Shown here: positions 38,981-51,228 of the stretch, piece after piece
Layout: every line of letters begins with the position of its first letter
Position numbering within the stretch: position 1 is the first letter of the stretch
Assembly: GCF_006345805.1 (NCBI RefSeq)
Contig: NC_042999.1
Location: 59,892,001-59,956,000 of the forward strand
Origin: Octopus sinensis
Lineage: Eukaryota
DNA: 64,000 nucleotides
Direction of reading: 5' to 3'
The notes under the pieces: generated by a model
What the model saw: the letters and a program-made list of their open reading frames with translations, nothing else
Database searches by the model: none
What the model was told of the DNA's origin: nothing
Position numbers and translations under genes: made by a program

Positions 38981-39697
38981 CTATCTATTTATTTGTCTGT
39001 CTATCTATCTATCTATATATTTTTATATGTATGTACATGTGTGTGTACGCACACACACGCACACGTAAAATGTATGTAAGTATGTATTCTTTATGTATGT
39101 CTGTGTGTACGTGTGTTTAACAAAGACACAACCCATGTTTGTATGCATGCGCATATCTGTGTATATATGTATGTGTGTATATATATGTGTGTGTGTGTTG
39201 TGTGTGTGTGTGTCTGTATATATATATATGTATATATATATATGTATATATATATATAGGACATTAATAATGTTACTTTTTCAATATTTGGTATCGTTCT
39301 TCTAAAAGATCTAGCATCCACGTATCCATAATGACAAGTCTTCTATCACCACTATCAATATGTAGCTATTGCTGCTACCACCACCACAGATGCCATTTAG
39401 TATCATCACTGCCACCACCACTAAAACCACAGCCACCAATCATCTTCACTATCATTTTCAATTTCTGTAATCGTTTTCCACGCACCACCCATCCCCTCGT
39501 TGTACCATATTGCATTTCTTGTCAAATTGCTTTTTTAATTAACACCTCTTCTACGTGTGTATGTATGTATGTGTGTGTCTCTCTCTCTTTCTCTCTCTCT
39601 CTCTATCTCTATCTGTCTATCTGTCTACCTACCTATCTACCTATCTTTCTATCTATCTGTCTGTCTACCTGTCTGTTTATCCATCTCTCTCTTTCTC

Positions 39698-39732
<35 letters not shown>

Positions 39733-40266
39733 TACAGACACGCATGCACATATATAAGCATACACACACACACACACACATACATACATTCAAGTATATA
39801 TATATGTGCACATATATATATATATATATTGCTTTTGTGTCTATAAATATGTATACTAATATAACTGTGCATATATACATACATATAACTACCATATATA
39901 TATAGACACATACATTCATTGTATGCATGTATTTTTGTTTATGTACTTTTATATGTGTGTGTGTGTGTTTGTGTGTGCATGTCTATATATATATATGTCT
40001 GTGTGTGCATATATATACATATAGATATATATATATATCTTATTGTGCACATGTTTAATCTTGAAATTAAATTTCCTGCAGTGAAGACAGATCTTCCAAT
40101 TTATAAAACACACAACAATTTCCATTGGTTGTAAGATATCAATAACTGCACAGTGCCACATAAGGAACTTATGAAAAAAAAACAGAAAATGAAAAACCAT
40201 ATCATATTGCTTATTTTTATTATCTGTTCCCAACCCCCAACACCAACCTTGAACACACACACACAG

Positions 40267-40297
<31 letters not shown>

Positions 40298-40423
40298 CAC
40301 ATGCACATATACACATCCTGTGCTGATTGAATTTTTAGAATATGTATTGTTTATTTTCATTTCGGTCTAGAGTATCAACACTTCAAGGTTATCATATCAA
40401 ATATATTGGTGTTTATTTTAGAA

Positions 40424-40466
<43 letters not shown>

Positions 40467-43400
40467 GTAGTAATAATAATAAAAATAATAATAATAATGA
40501 TAATAATAATAATAATCTTAATAATATAATAATAATAATTGTAATAATAATAATAACAATAATAATGATTAATAATAATAAGAATGATTAATAATAATAA
40601 TGATAATAATTAATAATAATAATAATAATGATAATCATAATTAATAATAATAATCATAAAAATAATAATAACAGTAATAATAAGAAGAAGAAGGGTTTCA
40701 AATTTTGCAACAAGGGCAGCAGTTTCGTGCGAAGGGTTAAGATGAACTCACAACCTCACAAATGTAAGGTCGATACTCTAACCACTGAGCCATGCGCCTT
40801 TACTATATATATATGAGGGTGCATGGCCTAGTTGTTAGGGTTTTGCACTCATGATCACAAGATCATGGTTTCAATTCCTGGAAAGAGTTGTGCCTTGTGT
40901 TCTTTGCTTTGCTATCACTTTGACATCTGGCATGTGGTACACTGTGCACCTGTTCAGGCAATGTTAATTTGATGGAGGGAGTGGGCTTAATATACAGCAT
41001 CAACATTCCATCACTATAAACAAATCATTTGTGCAAGTCATTCAGCAAAATCTGAGTATTCATTATTTCATTTTTAATGGAAGATTCTATCATGTGTGTG
41101 TGTGCATGTGTGTGCATTAGTATCTCCTTGGTTTTTGCATTGCATAATAGTAGTAAACGAGATTCACCGTCATATAAGAGGTGTCATTTATTTCCAATCT
41201 TTTCTAAAAACATGTCTAGCCATGTAAACACATGAGGGTTGTTGACAGGAAAGGCATCCAGTCCTGCCTCAGTAAATTCCATCTGACCCATGCAAGCATG
41301 GTAAATTCAAACAACTACATTGATGCAGGCTTCATTAGCTAATGTGTCCTTTCCCTTTTCTGTTAAAGCAATAGGTTGTGGCTTGAGGGAGATATGGTTA
41401 CTATTTTTTGCATGCATGGTTTGCTTTCTTTCTTACCATCTTAACCAGCAATAATATCTTATTCCCATCACACCTCTCTGCAATGGGAGCATGTATATCG
41501 CTAGAGAAATTGCTGTTTAAGTGTTTCAAGTAGAGAATTGTAAAATGTTGAAATGTATCTGGAACAGGTGTAAGGCATAATCTCTTTGCACGTGTATGCT
41601 GCCCGTGTAATTACAAGAGCATTATTTCAGGCAGACAAAGGAATTTTATTTCTCTTTCAGCGAAATAGCATTGTCGATAAACAGGAAGTCCTTAAGTGAT
41701 GGAAGAAAACCAAGCTGTGCCTGTGGTGGTTGTGTTGTGTGTATGTGTGTGAGTGCATGAGCTAGTGCATACATACACATTCTCTCATACAAATGCGCAG
41801 TTTATGTTTGTGTGTGTGTTTATCATACGTATACTGTGCATGCACACAAACTTGCTAACTGATCTGACAAGCCTCCAACATCAATATCTAAAGAATTCTT
41901 TAAATGTTTTTGTTTTAAAGAATCTCTTGTATATGTGTGTGTGTGTAATACAGTCTTTTACTCTTTTACTTGTTTCAGTCATTTGACTGTAGCCATGCTG
42001 GAGCAGCACCTTTTAGTTGAGCAAATCGACCCCAGGACTTATTCTTTGTAAGCCTAGTATTATTCTATCAGACTCTTTTGCCAAACCGCTAAATTACGGA
42101 AATGTAAACACACCAGCATCAGTTGCCAAGTGATGTTGAGGGCACAAACACACATACATAAATATATATACACAACGGGCTTCTTTCAGTTTCTGTCTAC
42201 TATATCCACTCACAAGGCATTGGTCAGCCCGAGGCTATAGTAGAAGACACTTGCCCAAGGTGCCACACAGGCGGACTGAACCCGTAATCATGTAGTTAGT
42301 TAGCAAGCTGCTTACCACACAGCCACTCCTACGCCTGTACACACGCATAAAAGATATATGTGCGTGTATATATATTTACATGCACACTAACACACACATA
42401 CATCATCATCATTGTACTCTGTAATGGGTGGATCAGATGGCTTGACAGAATCCAGTATGTCAGAGGAACATGTCAATTTCGAGTTTCTGTTTTGGCATGG
42501 GAACACAAGGATAATAGCAGAAGAGATAGAAATAGTAGTAGACAAATGTAGCACCATTCTTCATTGCACAGTCAATGTGATGCAGTGATTAGGATGAATG
42601 ATAGCTGTGTGCGCATAATAAAATGGGTGAATGGTAAATGACAAAAGGCAGAGAGCTGGCAGAATCGTTAACATGCCGGGCGAAATCCGTAGCCGTATTT
42701 TGTCTGCCGTTACGTTCTGAGTTCAAATTCCGCCAAGGTCGACTTTGCCTTTCATCCTTTCGGGGTCGATTACAAAAGTACTAATTACGCACTGGGGGTC
42801 GATACAATCGACTTAATCCGTTTGTCTGTCCTTGTTTATCCCCTCTGTGTTTAGCCCCTTGTGGGTAGTAAAGAAATAGGTATTTCATCTGCCGCTACGT
42901 TCTGAGTTCAAATTCCGCTGAGGTCGACTTTGCCGTTCATCCTTTCGGGGTTGATTACAAAAGTACTAATTATGCACTGGGGTCGATATAATCGACTTAA
43001 TCCGTTTCTCTGTCCTTGTTTGTCCTCTCTAATTTTAGCCCCTTGTGGGTAGTAAAGAAATAGGTAAATGACAATTTAGCATAAACATAATACATCAGGG
43101 CGAAAGATACCCAGATACGGATATTATTTCTTCTGAATTTCCTCATCACCACCAATTTTTTGTTACTTTACCATTCCTTGCATATGTGGGTATTCTCTAA
43201 TGCAGCATGCTACCATTCATTGTATCATACTTTGGTTACTCTTTGTGATATTCACCAACTTGAGATCAGATTCCACCACGTCATTCCATGTTTTTGTTGG
43301 TCTCCCTCTTTAAAATGCTTCCATCTGTTCAAACTCTCTTCACTGTGTGTGTGTGTCTGTGTGTCTATGTTTGTCTCTCCGCGTCCTCCACTTCATTTTT

Positions 43401-45314
43401 TGTTAATCACTCATTCTCATTTAATTGTATATATTTTAATTGTTTGTTTATTCATACGTTTCGTCTCATTCCATTCAATACCCTAACCCCAATGTTTGTT
43501 TTGTTTGTCCTCGTATCGTCCCCTCTTTTTCTCAGCCTTATGGTGAATAAAGAAATACTCTACTACTTGACAACTGGTCTTGATGTGTTTATGCAACCCC
43601 CACCCCCCACCCCGTAAACAGTTTGGCCAAAGGGGCCCGATAAAATAAATGCCGAGCTTAAAAGGAAAATTTGTACTGGGATCAATTCATTCGGCTAAAA
43701 ATCCTTTGAGGCAGTGCTCCAGCATGGCCACGGTCTAATAACTGAAACAACTAAGAGATATAGATAGACAGACAACTAGATAGATTGAGCGATAGATTTA
43801 TAGACAGACAGACAGACAGACGGATAGATAGATAGACAGACACACAGATATGCATGTGTATATAAATACACACAAACATTACTTTCTCTTTGTTTATTTC
43901 CATTTCATATTTGCTTATTTATTTATTTATTTATTTATTCATTTATTTATTTATTTATTCATTTATTTATTATTTTATTCATTCGTTCATTCAGTGGTTC
44001 CTTCATTCATTGTTATTTCACAAGCACCGAATGAAGAAACTTGAAATTTCAGGAATCTGTTGTTTGACTTTTAAAGCAAAATAATTTACCATCAATCCCT
44101 GGCACATTTATTCCTCAGCTTCAGCTCAATTTTCTCCTTGTCTTTCTGCATTTCATCTTATATTTTATTATTCATTTTCACTTGAAATACATTTTTCTTG
44201 TTTTTTTTTTAATTTTTGTTCTATGATTTTCAGTTTGTTTTATTTGAATTTCAAATTTATTCTTATTTATTCTTTTAATTTTCATTCCTCTTCAGAATCT
44301 TATTAATTTAAATTCTATTTGTTTTTTTCTCTTCCATGTTTTTTTTTTTGTAATTTATTTTCTTCCGTTATCTTTCATTCTCTTTCTTTCTTTTTCCTTT
44401 TCTATTTCTTTTCTCTTTTTGCTTTCCTACCTTCTGTATAAATTCTTTCTTTTCATGATGGAGACAGCTACTGATCTTCATCGCTTTCACTCTTTTTTAC
44501 TTTTTTCAGTCATTTGACTGTGGTCATGCTGGAGCACCACCTTTTAGTTGAGCAAATTGACCCCGGGACTTATTCCTTGTAGCCTAGTACTTATTCTATC
44601 GGTCTCTTTTTGCCGAACCGCTAAGTTACGGGGACATAAACACCAGCATCAGTTGTCAAGCTATGCTGGGGAAACAAACACAGACACACAAACATATACA
44701 CACACACATACATATATATGAACATATATATGACGGGCTTCTTTCAGTTTCCGCCTACCAAATCCACTCACAAGGCTTTGGTCGGCCCGAGGCTATAGTA
44801 GAAGACACTTGCCCAAGGTGCCATGCAGTAGGACTGAACCCGGAACCATGTGGCTGGTAAGCAAGCTACTTACCACACAGCCACTCCTATACATATACAT
44901 ATATATGATGGGTTTCTTTCAGTTTCTGTCTACCAAATCCACTCACAAGGCTTTGGTCGACCCGAGGTTATAGTAGAAGACACTTGCCCAAGGTGCCATG
45001 CAGTGGGACTGAACCCGGAACCATGTGGCTGGTAAGCAAGCTACTTACCACACAGCCACTCCTATACATATACATATATACGATGGGCTTCTTTCAGTTT
45101 CTGTCCACCAAATCCACTCACACTAGTTTCCCAAGCTATGTAATACTTCCCTATGACTGGATGTGCTTTCATACAAGACTAGACATGAACAACACTGCTT
45201 GTATGACAGTGGCACTCATTTACAACTAACATGCACTCTCAAAACAAGGAGACACAAACACACACACTCACAAACATTCATACACACACACACTTATATA
45301 CACATAGGGTAAAG

Positions 45315-45640
45315 ATCCCCTTCGGTCATGAATGACCATGAGATTGCACTTAGAAAGTTTCCCTCCGAGGCACAAATCCAGGCAAGGCTGTTTATGGAAG
45401 ACTAATGGTTGCCCATGCATATCAGCCTCCCTTCTCAATGCCAGCAATGTTATCTAAGGGAATGGCAAAGGCCGATACAGCTTGGCATCAGTGACGTTGC
45501 AACTCATTTGTACAGCTGAGTGAACTGGAGCAACATGAAATAAAGCGTCTTGCTCAAGAACACAACACGCAGCCCAGTCCAGGCATTGAACTCACTAACA
45601 TATAATTGTGAACCCGATGTTCTAACCACTGAGCCATATG
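45315..45640 (-). mobile_element. tRNA-derived SINE family E (CORE-like); other pieces at 23528-23797, 29800-29990 and 30250-30380
   Basis: Head tggctcagtggttag...gagttcaatgcc, then gtgttcttgagcaagacgctttatttcatgttgctccagttcactcagctg, and shared tail ggtcattcatgacc. Confidence 0.75.
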
Positions 45641-45661
45641 CCATATATATATATATATATT

Positions 45662-45697
<36 letters not shown>

Positions 45698-47664
45698 AGG
45701 GGAGCCTCTGTGTGTGTGTGTGTGTATGCATGCCTGTGTATATACAGTGGGATCGAACTCAGAACCATGTGGTTGGGAAGTAGATTTCTTACCACACCTG
45801 ATGGACTTTATCTTTTTAATTTCTTAATTTATTCAAGAAGTTTCCAACTACCAAATCTGCTCACAAGGCTTTGGTTGGTGCCAGGCTATATAAGAAAAAG
45901 TTTGCCAAAGGTACCTCCAGTGGAACTGAACTTGAAACCAAATGATTGGAAAGCAAACTTCTTTACTACAACAGCCAAGTCTGTTTCTAACTTGTGAAAT
46001 AGAATTATATCTTTCCTCTCGCTTTCTTCTTGCATTTCTCTTTTCTTTTTCCACTTGGTTTGTATTATCAGCCCAGAGGTAGTCCTATACCAGTTTGCAT
46101 GCAAAGAGTTAAGCAACACCAATAAAAACGAATATCTATTCTTACTTATTTGAAGTGAAAATAAGAAATAAAAAAAGTTAACATTTTCACTTCAGTGAAC
46201 TTTTTGCTGTTAAGAAGGAAGGTCAACTACCTGCATAAATTGAAAATATAAAAAAAGAAAACTTCTTCCACCTATGAGTGCAGGAAAGGCTAGAGTAGCT
46301 GTAGGAAAAATCAGTAAATTTGGTTAAGTGTCTATACGAGAAGGGACATGTCTTCTCACCTTCTGAACAGAGCACTTTATCAAAGAGATAACTGTTTTTC
46401 TCTGTCTCTTTGATAATGAACATTGCTTTAAGCCTCAGGCTTCTTGTCTCCTCATGGTATATAAACTTCACCAAATTTATAAAGTTCATTGAATAATTTT
46501 CACCAATGCTGACCACTGTAAGTTTTCTAGTTGCTGTAAATTAGTGATCAAAGGTTCAAACTCTGTCTTCTGCTATTTCTATGATATCTTCTCTGGAAAA
46601 CCAATTATCATAGCAATAACTTTCTAAAGTAAATACGAAAAATCAATCATTACAAATTCAAGTCTTATGTTGTGTACTGAGGCCTGGTTATTCTAGGATT
46701 AGTAGAATACCATGTGGCTTATAACATTGTTATCGTGCTTACATTTTCAGCGATAAGAAGATGGGGAATTAATTAAGAGTTGTTACTTCTACTCCTACGG
46801 TCGTAATCATTCTGGCCTTGATCATCAAGTCTTTGTATATTGTCCCTATACACTGTTAATTAAGGGAGATTTGGCTGCTATTTCTTTAACATCAGAACAC
46901 ATGGTTGGGAAACCAACTTCGTACCACACAACCATGTCTGTTCATATTTTATGTTGGTACTTTGTATTTGACTGGTATTTTATTCCTACTGATAGGTGCA
47001 GGCATGGCTGTGTGGTAAGAAGCTTGCTTCCCAACCACATGGTTCTGGGTTCAGTCCCACTGCACAGCATCTTGGGCAAGTGTCTTCTAAAGCTTCATGC
47101 CAACCAAAACCTTTTGAATGAATTTGAGAGGTGGAAACTCAGTTGAAGCATTTATGTATGTATGTATGTGTGTATATATATATAAGTTAGACATGGCCTG
47201 GGCCAATACTGGCCAAAACCTTTCTAAGTTATATATATATATATATATTTGGAAGTCTATGAGGATTACTTAATACAGTTTTTGAAGTGTAAAAGTTTTT
47301 TTTTAAGTATTACTTTTTAAGATGTTATGAAATCTTTTATGAGGATGTTGCTTAACTTCTTTGGGAAGAAGTTTTTATCTAGTGTGTGAAAACGTTTAAC
47401 AAAGGCACTCACACACTATATATATATATATATATATATATCATCATCATCATCATCGTCGTTTAACGTCCGTTCTCCATGCTAGCATGGGTTGGACGGT
47501 TCGACCGAAGATCTGGGAAGCCAGAAGGCTGCACCAGGCTCCGGTCTTATCTGGCAGTGTTTCTACAGCTGGATGCCCTTCCTAACGCCAACCACTCCGT
47601 GAGTGTAGTGGGTGCTTTTTACGTGCCACCTGCACAGGTGCCAGGCGAGGCTGGCAACGGCCAC

Positions 47665-48255
47665 GGTCGGATTGGTGTATTTTATGTGCCACCGGCACGG
47701 AAGCCAAATGAGGCGGTGCTGGCATCGGCCACGAGTCGGATGGTGCTTTTTACGTATCACCAGACCAGGGATCCTGGCTGGTTCAACTCGATTTCGATTT
47801 TGCTTGCCCCAACATGTCTTCGCAAGCAAGGGTGTTGGCATGGGTGCCTGTTGTACGGTCAGATTGGTGTATTTTACGTGCCACCGGCACGGAAGCCAGT
47901 GGAGGTGGCACTGGCATCGGCCACGAGTCGGATAGTGCTTTTTACGTACCACCAGACCAGGGAACCTGGCTGGTTCGATTCGATTTCGCTTGCCCCAACA
48001 TGTCTTCGCAAGCAAGGGGGTTGGCATGGATGCCTGTCGTACGGTCAGATTGGTGTATTTTACGTGCCACCGGCACAGAAGCCAGTGAAGGCGGCGCTGG
48101 CATCGGCCACAAGTCGGATAGTGGTTTTTACGTACCACCAGACCAGGGATTCTGGCTGGTTCAATTCGATTTTGACTTCGATTTCGATTTTGATTTCGCT
48201 TGCCCCAACATGTCTTCGCAAGCAAAGGGGGGGTTGGCATGGGTGCCTGTCGTCG
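47665..48255 (-). repeat. Three tandem ~186-210 bp units in the LINE 3'UTR
   Basis: The motif ggtc(a/g)gattggtgtatttta(c/t)gtgccaccggcac recurs at 47665, 47857 and 48043. Unit lengths differ by (TTCGAT)-like hexamers. Confidence 0.92.
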
Positions 48256-48336
48256 GATGAGGTTCTATATCAACTTCGCTTGCCTCAACAGGTCTTTGTG
48301 TCCAAGGGAGGAAAGTCATTCATAAGTGGGCTGGGC

Positions 48337-51228
48337 TCACTTGTCCTGCCTGGTCTTCTCATGTACAGAATATTTCCAAAGGTCTCGGTCGCTGGTCATT
48401 TCCTCAGTGAGGCCTAAAGTTCGAAGGTCATGCTTCACCACCTCGTCCCAGGTTTTCCTGGGTCTACCTCTTCCACGGGTTCCCTCAACTGCTAAGGATT
48501 GGCACTTTCTCACACACCTATCTTCATCCATTCTCACACACATGACCATACCAGCGCAATCGTCTCTCTTGCACACCACAACTGATGCCTCTTAGGTACA
48601 ACATTTCTCTCAAGGTGCTAACGCTCTGTCGAGTATGTACACTGACATTACACATCCATCGGAGCATACTGGCTTCATTCCTCACGAGCTTACGCATGTC
48701 CTCGGCAGTCACGGCCCATGTTTCACTGCCATGTAGCATGGCTGTTCGTACACACGCATCATACAGTCTGCCTTTTACTCTGAGCGAGAGGCCTTTAGTC
48801 ACCAGCAAAGGTAAGAGCTCCCTAAACTTTGCCCAGGCTATTCTTATTCTAGCAGTTACATTTTCAGCGCACCCACCCCCACTACTGACTTGGTCACCTA
48901 GATAACGGAAGCTATCAACTACTTCTAGTTTTTCCCCTTGGAAAGTGACTGAAGTTATTTTCTGCAGATTTTCGGAGGTTAATGCTCCTGAGCATCTGCC
49001 ACATACAAAAACTATCTTCCCAGTTAGCCTACCTTTGACATTGCTGCACCTCTTATGTGTCCATAGCTTACACTGGGTACATCTTATAGAGTTTCTACCT
49101 ACACCTTTTCTACAGATCGAGCAGGGCCATCTTCCTGAAGACATTTGTGGATTGTCTACCTTCCTACTTATTAGTACTTTGGTTTTAGCTAGGTTGACTC
49201 TAAGGCCCCTCGATTCTAAACCCTCCTTCCACACCTGGAACTTCTCCTCCAGCTCTGATAGTGACTCAGCAATAGAGCAAGGTCGTCAGCGTAGAGGAGC
49301 TCCCAGGGACAACCTGTCTTGAATTCCTCCGTAATTGCCTGTAGGACTATGATAAATAGGAGGGGGCTGAGTACTGAACCCTGGTGGACCCCAACCTCTA
49401 CTTTGAATTCTTCTGTGTACATGTTGCTAACCCTAACCTTACTTATGGCATCTCTGTACATGGCTTGCACAGTCCTCACCAGCCATTCATCTATCCCTAG
49501 TTTCCTCATTGACCACCAGATAAGGGATCGGGGGACCCTATCAAAAGCTTTCTCCATGTCAACAAAAGCCAGGTACAGGGGCTTATCTTTGGCTAGGTAT
49601 TTCTCCTGCAGCTGCCTTACCAGGAATATAGCATCCGTGGTACTTTTCCCTTGCACGAACCCAAACTGCATCTCATCTAAACTAACTCTCTTTCTAATTA
49701 GTTGGGCTATGACCCTCTCCGTAACCTTCATTACTTGATCCAACAGCTTGATACCTCTGTAATTATTTGTATCTAGGGCATCACCTTTACCTTTGTAGCA
49801 GTTGACTAGTATGCTGCTACACCAGTCATTGGGTATGACTCCTTCGTGTATCACCTGGTTGACTATACTGGTGACTAGGTTATAGCCGACACTGCCAGAT
49901 ATTTTGAGCATCTCTGCAGTAATTCCTGATGGGCCTGGGGCTTTCCCTGTCTTCATGCTTCTAATTGCCTTAGCTACCACGGAACTATCAACTCGGATAG
50001 CTGGTCCCTCTGTTGGGTCAACATTCGGCAGACTCTCTTTATCCCATTCATTTTCTTTATTCAGCAACCTTTCATAGTGGCATCTCCAAACCTCTCTCTT
50101 TGCATCCTCATTTAGCGCAAGTGAACCATCATCCATGCGAACACACTTCTCTCCTACCACATCACGATTCTCTCTCACACACTGTCTTGCAACACGAAAT
50201 ACCTCAAGTCTTTCATCCTCACGGCTCAGAACATTGGCAAATTTTTTCTTATCCGCTTCCCCTCTGGCTAAATAAACCTGTCTCCTAGCTTCCCTTCTGG
50301 CTGTCTGATACAATTCCCTGCTACCACCGTTCCTCCAGTCCTTCCAAGCCTGTCTCTTTTGTCTAATAGCCCTGTCAACCACAGAGTTCCACCACCATGT
50401 TACTCTGGGTCGAGATGGTACTTTGCTCCATCCACAGATCTGGTCAGTGGCTGTCAGCAGATTGTCCCGTAGAAATCTCCAGTTGCCTTCCACATTAAGT
50501 GAAGCTATATCCCCTTCTATTTCGTCAAAGGCTTCGAGTAGTATGTCTCTAAATCTCTGTCCATTTGCAGGATCTTTAAGCTTCCAGACCCTTCTCCTCC
50601 AAGCAGGTCTTCTTCTGGGCAACCATTTAGCTCTGATCCTTAAGTCGCTAACTACTAATCTATGTTGAGGAGTACATTCTTCGCCTGGAAAGGTTTTGGC
50701 ATTTATAAGCAGCCCTCTTTCCCTTTTTCTGGCAAGGATGTAGTCAATCTGGCTGGTGTGTCTGCCAGAACGGTAGGTGACTAGGTGAGAGGTGGGTTTC
50801 CTGAAGTTGGTATTGCAGACCATAAGGTCATTTGCATCGCAGAACTCCAGCAGCCTGGTTCCCTCCTCATTTCGAGAGCCAAAACCGTAGCCTCCATGGA
50901 CGCCATGGAAGCCCCCAACATGCCGTCCGACATGTCCATTGAAATCACCTGCCACGAAGAGAAGGTCACTGTCATTTGTCAACGAGGTAGTCCGCAATAG
51001 GGTGTCATAGAATTGGTCTTTTTGTCCTTCTGGTAGTCCTGGTTGAGGGGCATATGCCGAGATGATGGTAGCTGTCCTGTGGTGAAGGACTAATCTAATT
51101 TTAATTACTCTGTCACTTACTCTGACTACCTCGATTACCTTACCCACCCATTTCTCTGCAAGAAGTATACCCACGCCCCCGACCCCGTCAGTGTTCCCTG
51201 CCCAGAAAATCTTGTACCTGTGTTCCTT
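48337..51228 (-). pseudogene. Disrupted RTE ORF2 (APE-RT); 1-nt deletion just after YADDLAL (~49272) and 1-nt insertion at ~48538
   Basis: Track ORFs 49216..51420, 48524..49234 and 48337..48579 join into one protein if the two frameshifts are corrected (YADDLALIAESLSELEEKFQVWK; GHVVRMDEDR). The N-terminal part of the 734-aa track ORF is translated microsatellite. Confidence 0.9.
48992..49123 (-). other. PHD-type C4HC3 zinc finger inside LINE ORF2
   Basis: CSICRKGVGRNSIRCTQCKLWTHKRCSNVKGRLTGKIVFVCGRC = C-x2-C-x10-C-x2-C-x4-H-x2-C-x14-C-x2-C, located between GLRVNLAKTKVL and FRYLG. Confidence 0.8.

Larger units (their letters stand above)
47441..51228 (-). mobile_element. RTE-clade LINE, 5'-truncated, young, with (GAT)n tail; both ends abut (TA)n
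   Basis: Minus-strand ORF2 motifs: APE (GVGILL, ISAYAPQ, VAGDFNGHVG, IDYIL, QHRLVV), RT (KAPGPSGI, YRGIKLL, QFGF, FVDMEKAFDRV, GVHQGSVLSPLLF, YADD, FRYLG) and RTE-type C-terminus GRGRPRKTW..VKHDL. The 3'UTR ends ...cggacgttaaacgac(gat)n. Confidence 0.96.

Noticed and set aside
46223-46516. 97-aa minus-strand ORF with RT-like fragments (FINLVKFIY, LFDKV)
   Set aside because: The motifs are in the wrong order for an RT; no convincing call.
47479-48417. 312-aa ORF antisense to the LINE 3'UTR
   Set aside because: Openness is explained by tandem units whose lengths are multiples of 3; no recognisable domain. Noted under the 3'UTR finding only.
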